Shown here piece by piece: positions 54,578-63,466 of a DNA stretch of 64,000 nucleotides. A model generated the notes under the pieces. The model was not told the DNA's origin, did no database searches, and saw nothing but the letters and a program-made list of their open reading frames with translations. The stretch is from positions 221,305-285,304 of IMG/VR virus record IMGVR_UViG_3300043409_000928; one strand, given 5' to 3'. Each line of letters starts with the position of its first letter. The stretch's first letter is position 1. A program made the position numbers and the translations under genes.

Positions 54578-54757
54578 TTATGAATTTACAGTTTCAAACG
54601 GACTGTACTGCTCGCCGCCTTGACGGGTAGCAAGAACCCAGTTGTGCATGACACGCTGGAGCTCTTCATAATTGAAGGCCTGTGCCGAAGGGCGCACCTT
54701 GGCATCTTGACGAGCTTCGTGTGCAGTATTCTTTTCGCGGTTGGTAAGAGTTGTCAT
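54578..54757 (-). CDS. 59-aa hypothetical protein
   Basis: Hand translation MTTLTNREKN...; SD AAGGA. Confidence 0.5.
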   Translation of the reverse strand: MTTLTNREKNTAHEARQDAKVRPSAQAFNYEELQRVMHNWVLATRQGGEQYSPFETVNS

Positions 54758-54766
54758 TGTGTTTCC

Positions 54767-54955
54767 TTAGAGTGATTTAATGTAATTGATAACTTCAATT
54801 GCTTGTTTATACCTGCTTGCTTCAACTGCGGCTTCAACTGCGGCTTCAATGTAACCTTGTTGCATTTCGTGCAGTTGATTTACAAACTCAGTAATCTGTT
54901 CTCGCTTCAATGTATACCGAACAGTATACAGGTGTTGTGGCTTGTCAGGATGCAT
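54767..54955 (-). CDS. Hypothetical protein
   Basis: SD GGAGG. Confidence 0.55.
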   Translation of the reverse strand: MHPDKPQHLYTVRYTLKREQITEFVNQLHEMQQGYIEAAVEAAVEASRYKQAIEVINYIKSL

Positions 54956-55125
54956 TATACCTCCCAGTCAGTGCTACGAAGTTCAAATTGTGATTGCATT
55001 TCGTCAACCACTTTGTCTAATTTTTCAATTAGTTTATCAACAATTGGCTCAGGCAAACCAAGGTCTGATATACGACCAATTAAGTCATCAAGTTCTTCTA
55101 ACCATTGATCGCGTCTATTAGCCAT
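54955..55125 (-). CDS. 56-aa hypothetical protein
   Basis: Hand translation MANRRDQWLEELDDLIG... Confidence 0.5.
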   Translation of the reverse strand: MANRRDQWLEELDDLIGRISDLGLPEPIVDKLIEKLDKVVDEMQSQFELRSTDWEV

Positions 55126-55294
55126 TTACAGTTTCCTTTTTAACTTCGTTTTCAAGTTGTTCATATCGTGTTCGACTAATTGCACCAATTGCTCTGAGTA
55201 TACGGGCCTGCTCTGCCGCAGATATATCTGCATCTTTAAGACGAGCAAGTCCAAACTCAATGCGATCAATTACTTCCATTGTAGTAATGTTCAT
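55118..55294 (-). CDS. Hypothetical protein
   Basis: Start MNITTM. Confidence 0.5.
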   Translation of the reverse strand: MNITTMEVIDRIEFGLARLKDADISAAEQARILRAIGAISRTRYEQLENEVKKETVNG

Positions 55295-55295
55295 T

Positions 55296-55496
55296 TTAAT
55301 CTTTCGTGATGCTTGTCTTGAACAAGATACCAAACAGCACATTCAGTCCCCAGGCCTGTAGCCAGGTAACTTCCCTAACTCCATCAATTGCGCCTACCAA
55401 ACAACCATTCCACAGCCACATGACTGGCAAGCTGAATAGCAATCCCAGTGCAATTACAAGGCCAACAATACCAACAAGCGCCAATAAGATTTTCAT
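55296..55496 (-). CDS. Small membrane protein
   Basis: MKILLALVG..PVMWLWN..WLQAWGL. Confidence 0.6.
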   Translation of the reverse strand: MKILLALVGIVGLVIALGLLFSLPVMWLWNGCLVGAIDGVREVTWLQAWGLNVLFGILFKTSITKD

Positions 55497-55633
55497 GCAT
55501 CCACTCCTTGCGAATCCAACCAGGCCAATACAATGGCAATTGGACATTCAAGTTCGCTTGCAATTTGTTTTGGGCTCATACCATCAATGTACAATTGCTC
55601 AATGTCGTATGCCAGTTCTACTATCTTGCTCAT
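55493..55633 (-). CDS. 46-aa HTH-like protein
   Basis: Hand translation LYIDGMSPKQIASELECPIAIV. Confidence 0.5.
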   Translation of the reverse strand: MSKIVELAYDIEQLYIDGMSPKQIASELECPIAIVLAWLDSQGVDA

Positions 55634-56091
55634 GATGTTTCCTTTTGTTCTGTTAATGCTTCTGTTAGTTCCACCAGTCGGCTACCCTTAGCAGGACAAC
55701 CTGTGTACCAAACGCCGTCACGCATTATGTAGTAATATTCTGCACCACAATTGTCACATTGTTCCAGGAACTTTGCAAATGTGTGTGCCACTTTAAACTC
55801 TGTACCCGTCTCGCCACGGTCACGACCGTAAAAGGTACACATGTTCTCAGTCAACAGTTTGAAGCCTGCAACTTCTTCGGCCCGTAGTTCAAACTGGCTA
55901 AAGGCATGCTTCTCACCAATCTCAGACTGCAGGCTGGACAAGTCACCCAGTGCTACCAAGTTATTGGCCTTGGCACTGCCATAATGCTCCTGCAAGATAG
56001 CACCATTGTGTTCCAGATAGCCATCCCAATGACAGTAAACACTTTTAACAATGTCACCGTGCATGACTCCAATGCGACTTCGTGTACCCAT
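55630..56091 (-). CDS. Conserved hypothetical phage protein
   Basis: MGTRSRIG..VYCHWDGY. Confidence 0.7.
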   Translation of the reverse strand: MGTRSRIGVMHGDIVKSVYCHWDGYLEHNGAILQEHYGSAKANNLVALGDLSSLQSEIGEKHAFSQFELRAEEVAGFKLLTENMCTFYGRDRGETGTEFKVAHTFAKFLEQCDNCGAEYYYIMRDGVWYTGCPAKGSRLVELTEALTEQKETS

Positions 56092-56117
56092 TTTTGACTC
56101 CTTGTTGCTAAGTGTTA

Positions 56118-56146
56118 ATTATAATGCAATTTGTCCAAACCGTCAA
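56118..56146 (-). promoter_or_regulatory. sigma70-type promoter
   Basis: TTGACG-17-TATAAT. Confidence 0.8.
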
Positions 56147-56169
56147 CCAATAACCCTTATGGTCACAGG

Positions 56170-56442
56170 TTATACAGTTTCCAACATTGAAGCAGGAACA
56201 TTGTAACGGCCCTGTGGTGTGTTTACCAGCACAAATTTGATTTTGATTTTATCAACTGTGCCCAGGTAAGTCATACCATTGCGATTGCTGGTGAACTTGA
56301 CCTTAGAACCAATTGTGAGCTGGCGTTTGGTTTGACGAACCAAATTGGCACGAGCGAATCGGATCGCATCGCCAATGCTGGCCAGTTGATCATTTGTAAA
56401 ATTTCCAGACATGATTGCTGAGTTGATTTCTTGTATGGTCAT
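56170..56442 (-). CDS. Hypothetical protein (SH3/KOW-like C-term)
   Basis: IGSKVKF..GTVDKIKIK. Confidence 0.6.
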   Translation of the reverse strand: MTIQEINSAIMSGNFTNDQLASIGDAIRFARANLVRQTKRQLTIGSKVKFTSNRNGMTYLGTVDKIKIKFVLVNTPQGRYNVPASMLETV

Positions 56443-56451
56443 AATATTTCC

Positions 56452-56676
56452 TTAGAAGTAAAAATTTGTGTCAAAGTTCAATGCAGAATACACCTGTTCA
56501 CGAACTTCAGTGTCCATTGCTTCGCCGTATAATTCTGGGTTTGCATTGGCCAGCTTACGCATTGCATCGTATGCCTCGGGCCAAGTCAAATTGGCAACAC
56601 GAGCATAATTTACAAGGGCCTCAACGGCTGTATTACCTTGTTCGCTAAACATTCCAAACTCTTTATATGCTACCAT
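56452..56676 (-). CDS. Hypothetical protein
   Basis: SD AGGAG, own promoter. Confidence 0.6.
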   Translation of the reverse strand: MVAYKEFGMFSEQGNTAVEALVNYARVANLTWPEAYDAMRKLANANPELYGEAMDTEVREQVYSALNFDTNFYF

Positions 56677-56709
56677 TTTGAACTCCTATTTGTTGCTGTC
56701 TATGTATGT

Positions 56710-56738
56710 ATTATAGCACCGAACCAATAACCCGTCAA
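56710..56738 (-). promoter_or_regulatory. sigma70 promoter with overlapping 9-bp inverted repeat
   Basis: TTGACG-17-TATAAT; caataaccc/gggttattg 56725-56753. Confidence 0.8.
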
Positions 56739-56779
56739 CCAGGTGGGTTATTGTTTGTTGTTTTTAAACAACAGTGTGT

Positions 56780-57019
56780 TTAAGCAGGCTGACGAGCTTC
56801 CATCATTTCTGACAGTATAAATTTGGCAACGTTCATTTGTTTGCGAACATACTCCACTGAACGAGGACCAGTGCCCATGGCCATCATTTCTTGACAATCG
56901 CTTAGGATGCCCATGGCAACCATTTCAAGTCCAGAAAACTTGGCAGTGATGCCATTCATGTATTGTTCACGGATTGCTTGCTCGGACATACCGTAGCAGT
57001 TCTTTTCAAATTCTGTCAT
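56780..57019 (-). CDS. Hypothetical protein
   Basis: SD AAGGAG, own promoter. Confidence 0.6.
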   Translation of the reverse strand: MTEFEKNCYGMSEQAIREQYMNGITAKFSGLEMVAMGILSDCQEMMAMGTGPRSVEYVRKQMNVAKFILSEMMEARQPA

Positions 57020-57049
57020 CTTTAACTCCTTTTCGTTTACTGTACATAC

Positions 57050-57078
57050 AGTATAAGCGATCTTGAGCCTGCTGTCAA
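57050..57078 (-). promoter_or_regulatory. sigma70-type promoter
   Basis: TTGACA-17-TATACT. Confidence 0.8.
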
Positions 57079-57168
57079 CCGTTTTCTGCTGATTTTTGGG
57101 CTTGTAAGTTGTTGATTTTGCTGGTATTTTAAAAAAAGTGTTAAAAATACCGCAGAATTTGCAGTATT

Positions 57169-57441
57169 TTACCGCCGGACTTGGCTTTTAATGTCTTTAA
57201 TTTTTAAAACTTGTGGCAATACTTTTCGTTTTCTGGCGAATTCAGTATTCAGATAAAAATTAACAATCTTCTTCTCAATGCTATGCACGACACTGATACA
57301 GTCGTCATCAATGATCCATTGATGAGGGCAATTTTTCCAGGAATGCAATTTTAGGAATTGCTGGTAACATCTACGGTGTTCTTCATTTGTTGGATCAAAT
57401 ACAGCAAATGGTCTTGCCTGAGTGTGAAGTGATTTAAGCAT
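57169..57441 (-). CDS. Hypothetical protein
   Basis: TAAATA and AGGA upstream. Confidence 0.6.
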   Translation of the reverse strand: MLKSLHTQARPFAVFDPTNEEHRRCYQQFLKLHSWKNCPHQWIIDDDCISVVHSIEKKIVNFYLNTEFARKRKVLPQVLKIKDIKSQVRR

Positions 57442-57524
57442 GTCTGTCCTATTTAGTACGTATTATTGCATTAATTGCTTAGAAAGTCAACTGGGATGTC
57501 AGCCAGAAAAAAGCCCCGGTGGCA

Positions 57525-57725
57525 TCAGTTGTAGTTGTTGTAGTCCGGATAGTCAAAGAAGTGCTCAACTATATTTGAAATATTTCCATAAACCAGTGCT
57601 TCCAAGTGTTCTTGATCTTCTGCACACAGGCTCACATCAGACTCTATGCGCTGATGCAACTCTGAGAGCCAGGAGTTTATCAAGTCCATATGTACTGCAT
57701 TCTTTTCCAGTTTCGTCTTGCTCAT
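57525..57725 (-). CDS. Hypothetical protein (leaderless)
   Basis: Start MSKTKLEK 6 nt after TATAAT. Confidence 0.55.
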   Translation of the reverse strand: MSKTKLEKNAVHMDLINSWLSELHQRIESDVSLCAEDQEHLEALVYGNISNIVEHFFDYPDYNNYN

Positions 57726-57731
57726 TGTGTA

Positions 57732-57795
57732 ATTATATAGTAAAATAGCTGAGCTGTCAAATCCCATTGATAAGTAACAATAACAGTAGTAAAAT
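57732..57795. promoter_or_regulatory. Back-to-back divergent sigma70 promoters, both abutting ATGs
   Basis: Minus TTGACA-17-TATAAT (57732-57760); plus TTGATA-17-TAAAAT (57767-57795) then 5 nt to ATG 57801. Confidence 0.7.
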
Positions 57796-57800
57796 CCCAT

Positions 57801-58358
57801 ATGATACAAGAAGGCCAATATCCAGCATTATTGCTAAACGCAGACTGGCAACCAGTACAGATGCATCCTCTCAGCACGGTTCCGTGGCAAGACTCAATGA
57901 AAGCTGTTGTAATGGATCGTGTGGTAGTGGTTGAAGAATACAACATACGTATCCATAGTGGCCATCAGGAATGGAAATTGCCAAGTGTAATTGCGTTAAA
58001 AGAATATGTAAAACGCGAACAACATGCTACATTTAGTAGATACAATGTATTTCTGCGTGACAATTATACTTGCCAATATTGTGGAGGTGAATTTGAAACA
58101 CGACAGTTGACCTTTGACCATGTGATTCCACGGGCACATGGTGGTAAGAGTAGCTGGACCAATGTGGTATCTGCATGTGGACCATGCAATCATCGCAAGG
58201 GTTCACTGTTGCCTGCCAGTGCAAATATGTTTCCAATAGTTGCTCCAAAGGAACCTAACAGTTGGGAATTATATATTCGAGCAAAGAAAATCCCTCATAA
58301 CAATCTGCATGAAACTTGGAGAGATTATCTATACTGGGATACTGAGCTAGACGCTTAA
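57801..58358 (+). CDS. HNH endonuclease (McrA-like)
   Basis: LLLNAD..P, RDNYTCQYC, TFDHVIPR, NVVSACGPCNHRKG. Confidence 0.9.
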   Translation: MIQEGQYPALLLNADWQPVQMHPLSTVPWQDSMKAVVMDRVVVVEEYNIRIHSGHQEWKLPSVIALKEYVKREQHATFSRYNVFLRDNYTCQYCGGEFETRQLTFDHVIPRAHGGKSSWTNVVSACGPCNHRKGSLLPASANMFPIVAPKEPNSWELYIRAKKIPHNNLHETWRDYLYWDTELDA

Positions 58359-59027
58359 TTACCAATCACTTGCAATGGTAATTTTTGGTCGATGAACATC
58401 CTGCACAGGCCATGTCTGTGCATGTGATCTAAGTGCAGATTTTTTAATATCAAACGATATCATAATTCTGTCCGCTGTCCCTTGATTTCGAGTACCATGA
58501 AATACGTTAGCATCATCAAACCCAAATATTTCACCGGTTATCCACTCGTGTATTTCGTTTTCAATATTAAATTCACAGCCTTTGACACCTACCAGCACCA
58601 AATGCAACCTTAGGTAATTATTGTCTAATCCATAATGATGATTTAATTTAGAACCAGGTGTTGCTATGTTAAAAGTTACACCACCAATTATATCTAAATG
58701 TTGCGTGACCCACTTTGCAATTGTTGGCATTTTATCAAGCCTTGCTGGCCAGAATCTAATTTTTTCATCGGCACCCCAATTCAAAGCCTTTGCTTCATGT
58801 CGGTCTATTAGACAGTCTCGCAGTATCAGTGGTAGGCATTTGAGTTTACCGGTATATAACGGCGCATTAAACGAGTCAGTGATATAATTAGCTTTTGTTC
58901 CGTTCAGTGGGTACTGTGACAATTCGGCCTGAATACTTACAAGAAACTCATCGCGTATACTTGTAAAATTATCGTTAAGATAATCTAATATTTCACAATT
59001 GTTAAAATAGATATAGTGGCTTTCCAT
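58359..59027 (-). CDS. Aspartyl/asparaginyl beta-hydroxylase family 2OG-Fe(II) oxygenase
   Basis: PGSKLNHHYG..LRLHLVL..FDDANVFHG..DRIM. Confidence 0.8.
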   Translation of the reverse strand: MESHYIYFNNCEILDYLNDNFTSIRDEFLVSIQAELSQYPLNGTKANYITDSFNAPLYTGKLKCLPLILRDCLIDRHEAKALNWGADEKIRFWPARLDKMPTIAKWVTQHLDIIGGVTFNIATPGSKLNHHYGLDNNYLRLHLVLVGVKGCEFNIENEIHEWITGEIFGFDDANVFHGTRNQGTADRIMISFDIKKSALRSHAQTWPVQDVHRPKITIASDW

Positions 59028-59040
59028 ATTTTATATTTAG

Positions 59041-59898
59041 TTAAGCATTGATAAACTCTATTGTTAAATCAACGTCGTGATCAATATTGGCACGCCACAT
59101 TAACCGCTCTTCACCTTCTTTTAGGTTTGGGGCGGTTCTTCTATGTACAAAAGGCCAGTTGTCATACAGTACAATGTCGTTTGGTTGCCAACGCATTTCA
59201 TATACACAATCCTTAACCTCTGACATTGCTTCCATTAATTCTTCTAAAATACCTGTGCCTCTGCTGTTGCCCAACGAGTCTTTGGTATCAAGGATCCAAC
59301 TATTTTTAATGCCATGATAGTTACAGCGGGGACTCCATTTGCCTGTGATAGGATGCTGTTTCATTGCACTAGTTTCAACAACATCTCGACCCGGGTGGTG
59401 CCAGTTTTGTTGGAGGATAGTTCTTGATTCCCAACGCTTACGCAGGATAGGATGCACATGATAATAGGCTTCTTCCATATCTAACCAATAGGTAAATCCT
59501 GCTTCTGGATTTGGGACTGTTTTCATGTAGATGCAACGGTGAGGAAAATTGATACCAGCAACTCGATTAGCAATATCTGCATGCCATGGCATTTTATAAT
59601 CAACCAAACGCTTACTCAGTTTGTTGCTCATCCATGTAATGTATCGCATTTGGCCAGATTCGGGATCTGGGACTTCTCGCCAACGCTCAGTGCTTTTAAT
59701 GTATTCTTCTCGGTCCCACGGATTGCCCCATAATGCAAGAAATTTCCAATAGGTCAATTGATCCCAATCCGGAGCATGGAACACCAGCATCTTTCGCTGA
59801 TATAATATTTTTCTAAGTTCGCGTACATCCTGCTGAAGCAAGTCGGAGATGTCGGTGAATTCAGTACCCCAGTGTGTATAAATGTCTTTATATTGCAT
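59041..59898 (-). CDS. TauD/TfdA family dioxygenase
   Basis: WHAD, WQPNDIVLYDNWPFVHRR. Confidence 0.85.
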   Translation of the reverse strand: MQYKDIYTHWGTEFTDISDLLQQDVRELRKILYQRKMLVFHAPDWDQLTYWKFLALWGNPWDREEYIKSTERWREVPDPESGQMRYITWMSNKLSKRLVDYKMPWHADIANRVAGINFPHRCIYMKTVPNPEAGFTYWLDMEEAYYHVHPILRKRWESRTILQQNWHHPGRDVVETSAMKQHPITGKWSPRCNYHGIKNSWILDTKDSLGNSRGTGILEELMEAMSEVKDCVYEMRWQPNDIVLYDNWPFVHRRTAPNLKEGEERLMWRANIDHDVDLTIEFINA

Positions 59899-59905
59899 CT
59901 GGTAT

Positions 59906-60172
59906 TTAACTGGATAACTTATCCATCATTAGCTTTTCTGCTAACTCTTTGGTATGTTTCCGTTGTGCTTCTACCAGCATGGGTATTAGCATTTTAATTG
60001 TATCAATCATTAACTTTTCACCTGGCGCTTTGAGCTCACAGTATTTTGCACTTCCCCCAATATAAGCATATTCTGAATTCCTGAGTAACTCTTTTAAAGT
60101 ACCCATTAAAATTATTGCAACATTATTTTCTTCTTCTTCTATCATATTAGATTCCATCATCGGATCAACCAT
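59906..60172 (-). CDS. Hypothetical protein
   Basis: 88-aa ORF. Confidence 0.55.
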   Translation of the reverse strand: MVDPMMESNMIEEEENNVAIILMGTLKELLRNSEYAYIGGSAKYCELKAPGEKLMIDTIKMLIPMLVEAQRKHTKELAEKLMMDKLSS

Positions 60173-60732
60173 TCTTCTACTTCTGAACCAGCTACATCTT
60201 TTAATTTTATCCAGGATGGATTACATACACTTCCTTTTCGTATAACTGCTCTGCCTACCACAACCACAATGCCCCATTCGTTTCTTTCCCAGCGGGGAAG
60301 GTATGGCTCAACTGCTTTGACAGGATTTTTATATTCTTCTGACAGTATCTCACGTTTCAATTTATGGCCGTTCCATTCGCCTTTATAATAGGTAGCATTG
60401 GCAGGCACTGCAATTCCCGCAGGAATCCGATCTGCTTCATACCAATGACGGTATCCATTTTCAATCCACTCCACCATGCTTTGTGGTTCCCACAGCAGAC
60501 GATTGTAAGCATCACGCAGGTGCTTGCTGTGCCACTCCTGGGGGCTGGCATTGCTGATCGCCGCGCAACTGGTATTGTCTCCACCAACCACGCCAATGGG
60601 TACATCATTGGCGTGAGCCGCCCTAATTTTATCTCCATCATAAAGTGCAACTGTTAGTCCAACCCGATCTTCTTTATTGGGGTTACCATCTGCCCACTCA
60701 AACATTTCTGCAAAGCCTGTTGCTGTACTCAT
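60157..60732 (-). CDS. Stand-alone peptidase G2/IMC autoproteolytic chaperone-like domain
   Basis: FAEMFEWADGN..PIGVV..YLPRWERNEWGIVVVVG. Confidence 0.7.
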   Translation of the reverse strand: MSTATGFAEMFEWADGNPNKEDRVGLTVALYDGDKIRAAHANDVPIGVVGGDNTSCAAISNASPQEWHSKHLRDAYNRLLWEPQSMVEWIENGYRHWYEADRIPAGIAVPANATYYKGEWNGHKLKREILSEEYKNPVKAVEPYLPRWERNEWGIVVVVGRAVIRKGSVCNPSWIKLKDVAGSEVEEWLIR

Positions 60733-61280
60733 ACTAATTTTGCTCCAATTTGTTCTAGCACTTGTCTATAAAAAGGTTCACCTGCGGCCACTTGTTCTTT
60801 CCAAGTTTTTCCTGCGCCAGCATCTGCTGGGTCACTGATGTACTTCCATATCTCAATATCAAGGCCAAGACGGTTTGCCACCTTGGCCACACTATACGCT
60901 TCCATATCAACTAGATCACATTCGACTCTGATCTTATTGGGCTCTGTGATAAAAATGTCGCCGGATGCACAGGTCTTGCCTACACCGGGCATGATGATCA
61001 TGCTTTCTGGATCATTGAAATGTATTCCCGGCTTCATGCCTAATGCCATCAAGTTCACATCATGTTGCCATACTGTATTAATACGATGGATACCGTGGCC
61101 CAACCTAATACCGCCAGCTGTACCCATGTTGACAATACGTTTTGGGTGATACATGTGACATAATCGCATTGTGTTAATTGCGGCATTGACCTTACCTACT
61201 CCAATGCAATGCACATTAGCGTATTCTTTAAATAAGTTTGGTGCTTCATCTTCTAGTGCAAATACAATTAGATCACGCAT
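60729..61280 (-). CDS. MTA/SAH nucleosidase-like (PNP/UDP family)
   Basis: FALEDE, GVGKVNAA, GTAGG, SGDIF, VDMEAYSVA, KYISD. Confidence 0.8.
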   Translation of the reverse strand: MRDLIVFALEDEAPNLFKEYANVHCIGVGKVNAAINTMRLCHMYHPKRIVNMGTAGGIRLGHGIHRINTVWQHDVNLMALGMKPGIHFNDPESMIIMPGVGKTCASGDIFITEPNKIRVECDLVDMEAYSVAKVANRLGLDIEIWKYISDPADAGAGKTWKEQVAAGEPFYRQVLEQIGAKLV

Positions 61281-61824
61281 TGATTAGCCCTTTCACATTG
61301 ATGTTTTTACTTTTAAGCAAAGACTCTCCAGGAAGGAATGTAAGGTTAACCAATACTGCAACAGTAATGCTAGAAGGCGCAATGCCAAGTTTTTCTATTA
61401 GTAATTTACAAATTGCTTCTGCGGTGCCGCCGGTGGCCAGCACATCATCAATGATCATTACATTACGATCACCTGACGGTATCTTTGCTGACATTTCAAG
61501 AGTGTCAGTTCCATATTCCAGTGTGTACGATTGTTTGTGTACTGTGCCTGGTAACTTGCCTGGCTTACGAACAACATGCATTGGAATGCCAAGTGCGGTG
61601 GCTGTTGGAGCACCCCATATAAATCCACGGGCATCAGCGGCAAATATATCCTTGGTCATGACTGATCTGCCTTGGGCGGCAAACCAAGTGATGCTGTCAT
61701 AAAATGCTCGGGGATTGGAGCATAATTCAACAGTATTCATATACTGTATACCTGTCTTGGGCCAATCGTTATAGATTGGAATAGCAGATTTTATAAAGTC
61801 AATGGTAGTGTCGTTCATATACAA
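61273..61824 (-). CDS. apt: Adenine phosphoribosyltransferase
   Basis: DWPKTGI, DARGFI, VRKPGKLPG, YTLEYG, IIDDVLATGGT. Confidence 0.93.
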   Translation of the reverse strand: MYMNDTTIDFIKSAIPIYNDWPKTGIQYMNTVELCSNPRAFYDSITWFAAQGRSVMTKDIFAADARGFIWGAPTATALGIPMHVVRKPGKLPGTVHKQSYTLEYGTDTLEMSAKIPSGDRNVMIIDDVLATGGTAEAICKLLIEKLGIAPSSITVAVLVNLTFLPGESLLKSKNINVKGLINA

Positions 61825-61857
61825 TTAATTAGCGTATGCAACCAATTGCTGTTTATT

Positions 61858-62556
61858 CTAAAAAACGATTTTAACTCGTGTAAGTCTTGTTTCTGGCCGG
61901 TTTTCTCTATCAAGACCATGTGCCTTAATCACTCCAACTACTTCAAACTCTTCAGGAGCATCGGGCCACATGTCAATCATTTTGCTACTGGTCCAAAAAT
62001 ACAAGTTGGTACCGTCCGTGGCACGAACAACAGATCCAGGAAATGCTTTGCCTTCATATTTTGCAATTACAAATACTTTTGCTCTCAGGTGTTGACCTAT
62101 GCTTCCTTGGTGAGTACTGGTTGATCCAAGTTTTAAGAATAAATCGGACTTGGTCTCTTTTTCGATTTCGCGTCGATAACGCACTGCCATACATGCAAGA
62201 TAGGCCATTCCAAGTCCAGCATCAACTTCGTCATGCGTGATAAAGTTAAGTATCTTTTGATCAAAGTCGTTTAGCTTTTCTGACAATGCTTTAAATGCAA
62301 TACCTTGAAAGTGTTCAGCCATTTGGCTGGCAACTATGCGATCTGCTTCTGTAATATTAGTCAGTCCAAGTGAAATTTCATCTTTAATAATTTCTCTATT
62401 TGGTCGTATACTAACTTTGCCAGTTTCTTGATCAAACTCAGGAAATTTAACATAGCCACCAGCATTGATTCGGTCCGCCATTGCAACCAATGACCAAGCA
62501 TCTTTCAATGGCAGTTTCTTATGCCGTATCAGCTGTTTCTTTTCATCTGCGGTCAC
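61858..62556 (-). CDS. Hypothetical protein with OB-fold-like C-term
   Basis: HQGSIG..ETRLTRVK. Confidence 0.55.
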   Translation of the reverse strand: MTADEKKQLIRHKKLPLKDAWSLVAMADRINAGGYVKFPEFDQETGKVSIRPNREIIKDEISLGLTNITEADRIVASQMAEHFQGIAFKALSEKLNDFDQKILNFITHDEVDAGLGMAYLACMAVRYRREIEKETKSDLFLKLGSTSTHQGSIGQHLRAKVFVIAKYEGKAFPGSVVRATDGTNLYFWTSSKMIDMWPDAPEEFEVVGVIKAHGLDRENRPETRLTRVKIVF

Positions 62557-62564
62557 TGCATTTC

Positions 62565-63140
62565 CTATTCAGGTTTATAGAATTGGTGTACTTCTTCAAA
62601 TGTTCTTGCAAAGCCATAGGTAAACAAATACCTTGGTTGATCATTCACAGCTATAACTCTGTGTAAACGACTGGTATCCAACAGGTAAGCATACCCGTCT
62701 TGACAAACATGCGACACAGCAACATCTTCAAATATTGCATGGTCTAATGTAGATGAAGTTTTAGTGACGGCCCCGGTTGAATTCTTAATTCCAATATTAA
62801 TACAGCACTTTCGATTATTTTCATCTTTATGCACACGTATACTACCGCAGGTCTTTAATAAATTAATACGTCTATAATCCAGCGGTAAGTTAGGGAAAAA
62901 GGAAGTTATGTAATTGGCAACATACTGTGCTGTATCGGGATATTGTAAAAATAAAGCCCTTGCAAAACTAATGGTTCCGTCACCTGCTTGGAATGGCTGA
63001 TACTCTGTCCAGTACAGACTGCTTGCAGTTTCTTCCATTGGTTGTCCATAATGGTGCTTACGAATAGGAAGGGTGTCTAACAGCTCAGTGGTAAACCCTT
63101 CTGGGAGTCTGAAGTCATTGTTAATTTCAAAAAAGTTCAT
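62565..63140 (-). CDS. 2OG-Fe(II) oxygenase-like protein
   Basis: VHKD, LDTSRLHRV, PRY. Confidence 0.6.
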   Translation of the reverse strand: MNFFEINNDFRLPEGFTTELLDTLPIRKHHYGQPMEETASSLYWTEYQPFQAGDGTISFARALFLQYPDTAQYVANYITSFFPNLPLDYRRINLLKTCGSIRVHKDENNRKCCINIGIKNSTGAVTKTSSTLDHAIFEDVAVSHVCQDGYAYLLDTSRLHRVIAVNDQPRYLFTYGFARTFEEVHQFYKPE

Positions 63141-63211
63141 TTGTTATCCTTTATAATATTGCACAATGCTCAGTGACCATTCGGTGGCAAGCACTATTTT
63201 AATTGCCTTTT

Positions 63212-63466
63212 TCATTCGTCTACTCCAAAATGTTCTTTAATAGTTTCTACTGCTTGTGTTAGTCCATCATCATAACCAATGTCATAAACATCGGTTCTAT
63301 ATTCATTTACTTTGACTGATTCGAGTTCTGCAATACATTCTCGCACAATCAACTCGGCGAACCTGTCAGCAAATTTAGTCAAGTCTTGCATGTCCATTAC
63401 AGACCATGTGCCGGAGAATTTCTCATCTAGAGTTTGCCCCATCAATTGTTTAATTCGTTTGTTCAT
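63212..63466 (-). CDS. FGVEE-family small protein
   Basis: MNKRIKQL..KFAD/RFAELIVREC..IKEHFGVDE. Confidence 0.7.
   Translation of the reverse strand: MNKRIKQLMGQTLDEKFSGTWSVMDMQDLTKFADRFAELIVRECIAELESVKVNEYRTDVYDIGYDDGLTQAVETIKEHFGVDE

Larger units (their letters stand above)
407..59908. promoter_or_regulatory. Dispersed TAAATA late-promoter-like motifs in intergenic gaps (407, 2752, 12314, 16293, 17449, 18780, 34053, 40305, 40353 plus strand, 57450, 59034, 59903)
   Basis: Read directly upstream of start codons; resembles the T4 late promoter TATAAATA; a 6-mer is common by chance, so only position supports it. Confidence 0.55.
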
